The notes beneath the pieces were generated by a model. That model worked only from the letters and a program-made list of their open reading frames with translations, did not search any database and had not been told where the DNA came from. From Octopus bimaculoides (lineage: Eukaryota): a stretch of 39,090 nucleotides of DNA. Below are positions 36,778-39,090 of the stretch, piece by piece (the stretch's first letter is position 1; every line of letters begins with the position of its first letter). Location of the stretch: assembly GCF_001194135.2 (NCBI RefSeq), contig NC_068981.1, positions 61,867,576 to 61,906,665 on the forward strand. Reading direction: 5' to 3'. Both the position numbers and the translations under genes were made by a program.

Positions 36778-37736
36778 TTAAGACTGTGTATGCACTTTGT
36801 CTACTGATTTTTGAACATTTATGTGAGCGTAAGAAAGGGTGAATTTTTCTTTCTTTTCTTTATTTTTTCTCTTGACACTTGTCCATTGTCGCTGCTTTCG
36901 GCCGGCGTTGAATCTACTTGTGTGTCTCTCATAGGATGTACCCCTCTTTTGGCCTTCTTTGTTGTAGATGACTTCTAAAGATGACTTCTTCTCTTTTGGG
37001 ATGTTCTCTTTTGCTAGGTTAGGCTTGTTAGTCAGTGGTACGTTGGTAGGTTTATCTTTTTCGATTCCAGTTGGTTCTTCCGTTTGTAATGGTTTGCTGG
37101 ATGGAGGGCGTGATTCCGGCTGCATGTCTTGTGGGCACTTAGATTTTATGTCGCCCTTGTGTCCACAACCGAAGCACCTTGGGCTTCCCCCTTCTACGAT
37201 AACCCTTAATTCTGCCTCAACCGTCAATATAATATATTCTGGAATTTCGTCCAGATATCTTTGAGTGACCAAGATTGACAATTCCAGGCCACGACCATGC
37301 TAGTTTTGCAATTGCATTCTGTAAGTTGAAATGAGACAGACCTTATCATTTTGATTGAACAATAAGGCTGCTATCAGCCGTGCATCGGGGAGTTCTGCAG
37401 GAATCCCCCCTGTTTTAATTGTGGAGGTTCTTCTTCCAAGTGAAGTCGGAAACAACACTAGTTCTTCCAGTTTTAAAGTTTTCGTTGAGTATCTTTTTGC
37501 TTCTTTTTCGGAAGCGAACCTCACCTCCACAGTGCCAAAACGCTTTCCTCTGTTGATATATTTTATATCCTATCATATTGGTTTCAAGCAACCTAAGATG
37601 GTATCCCTGGATGCCATCTCTATGCCAGTGCCAGGGTTTTATAAATTATAGCTTTCTACCTTACGTCTTCCACGGTGCTTTCTGGTAGAGACAACCTCAC
37701 GTTCGAATTCTTTTTATGTACCACATTAAGCACCAT
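36778..37736 (-). pseudogene. Gag-like retroelement ORF1 with a CCHC-type zinc knuckle, interrupted by stops and a frameshift
   Basis: DIKYINRGKRFGTVEVRF..LFPTSLGRRT..GIPAEL..IPEYIIL..RVIVEGGSPRCFGCGHKGDIKSKCP (C-x2-C-x4-D-x4-C, H replaced by D), then a Pro/Lys-rich tail. ORFs 37300-37530 and 36778-37281 are in the same frame. Confidence 0.8.
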
Positions 37737-39060
37737 TTCCTTAAATTTTTGCGAGAAATGCGTTACTTCACTGCTCTGCCTGACCCTGGCCGCGAAACTT
37801 CTCAATGTTGTTACTGATTAGAGCCTTCGTCTGACAGTCCATCCTACCTTCATCGTTACTCTCCAATGCTACCCGTTCAGGCGACTAATCGTATTGGCGG
37901 AGAATCGCATTGGCATTCCTCGGAATCTATGCTTCACAACAACTCAACCTTTAAAAAGGAGAATAAAATGTACAACACTGCCAAAGCAGGGAATGTGTCA
38001 TATAACGCAGAAACAGTTCAAACAACTGGCAGTCCTAGAAGGCAAAGCCTACATCAGAGCAATAATACATAACAAGTACTTATCTTATGAAAAGGATCGT
38101 ATAATTATTGCATTCCTTATTCCATGCCCTAGGTAGTGAAATACATTCGAGTGTATACATACGTCTGTAGACCAAAATTCTTCAAATTTTAAAGTATCTT
38201 ACTTAACTAAACTGCATCTTCTATGAACTTTCTAGTTTTATCTCACACGCGATATTTCATATATAATTTGTCGTTATCTATTTTAAAACGCTTGCATTCG
38301 GTTTCCAACATTAATGTCTGTGAATTAACAATATATCAGATATGCTTTCTCCTCTTATTTTATGAATTATCACGCTCCTAATATAATTCTGTATTAATCT
38401 TCACTCACCGAGTGAGAACAACCTCGCTAATGAAATCACAGTTGAAGAATTCCATACAATTTATTTCTAAAGGAGACATAATTAAACGCATTGAGTTTTC
38501 TTGATTGCTTTTTGTGATTCTTTATTACTTATTTATATCATCTCCTTATACTACGTAATTGGCTTGTTTTAATTCAGAAATAACATTTTGCATATACTCT
38601 TTCTCGTTTTTGTTTTTCCTTTCTTGCATCGTTTATATTGAAGCATTAATGGAGAAGTAACTTTTCTAATTAGCTTGCAAACAAAGTACAATGAAGAGGT
38701 CTTCACGCACGACTAAGTAATTAAATACATTTACCAACATATATTTTTTGCATGGTTATCATTCTGGATTCTGCATTTTTCCATATAACATTAGCTGTTG
38801 ATATTTTTAATTTAGCTTAGCTGCAAAGTCAGCCTCTAAATTGCTTTTGCGTAACATTTTGTTATTTCATTCCATTAGATATATAAATAAGCATCCTTTT
38901 GAGAAGTTGCAAAATCGGTGATAATTACTTTCTTTTGCATAACGTTGTAATTTTAAGCACACTAATTATTACTGTCTCAACCCTAGTCTATATGGCTGAG
39001 GTAATAATTAAAATATGTACTTAGCTGTTATGCTTGTAAAGACAGTTAACATGATTAAAA

Positions 39061-39090
39061 TGGTGGTGGTGGTGGTGGTGGTGGTGGTGG
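39061..39090. repeat. (TGG)n microsatellite, runs off the window end
   Basis: Read directly. Confidence 0.95.

Overview
AT-rich, microsatellite-dense eukaryotic DNA with several N gaps and no recognisable host gene. The repeat types resemble octopus/coleoid cephalopod genomes (recollection, not a database match). The window is mostly decayed transposable elements: at least four R4/Dong-type RLE LINE fragments tied to (TAA)n tracts, a HERO-like LINE end, an L1/Tx1 ORF1-endonuclease fragment, three Helitron RepHel fragments, tRNA-derived SINEs, four clustered Tc1/mariner-superfamily elements, and two Penelope-like element (PLE) fragments. All coding remnants carry stops or frameshifts. The best leads are: (1) a minimal type I hammerhead ribozyme just upstream of a PLE ORF (34933-34978); (2) a gag-like CCHC ORF1 directly upstream of, and on the same strand as, a PLE reverse transcriptase N-terminus (37736-35636), possibly an unusual two-ORF element; (3) a spacer-less ~394 bp palindrome centred on a (TA)n tract; (4) a ~1.6 kb diverged inverted repeat; and (5) a DD37D transposon with an inverted interior but intact TIRs. 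Most coordinates for decayed elements are approximate and family calls come from hand-read motifs.
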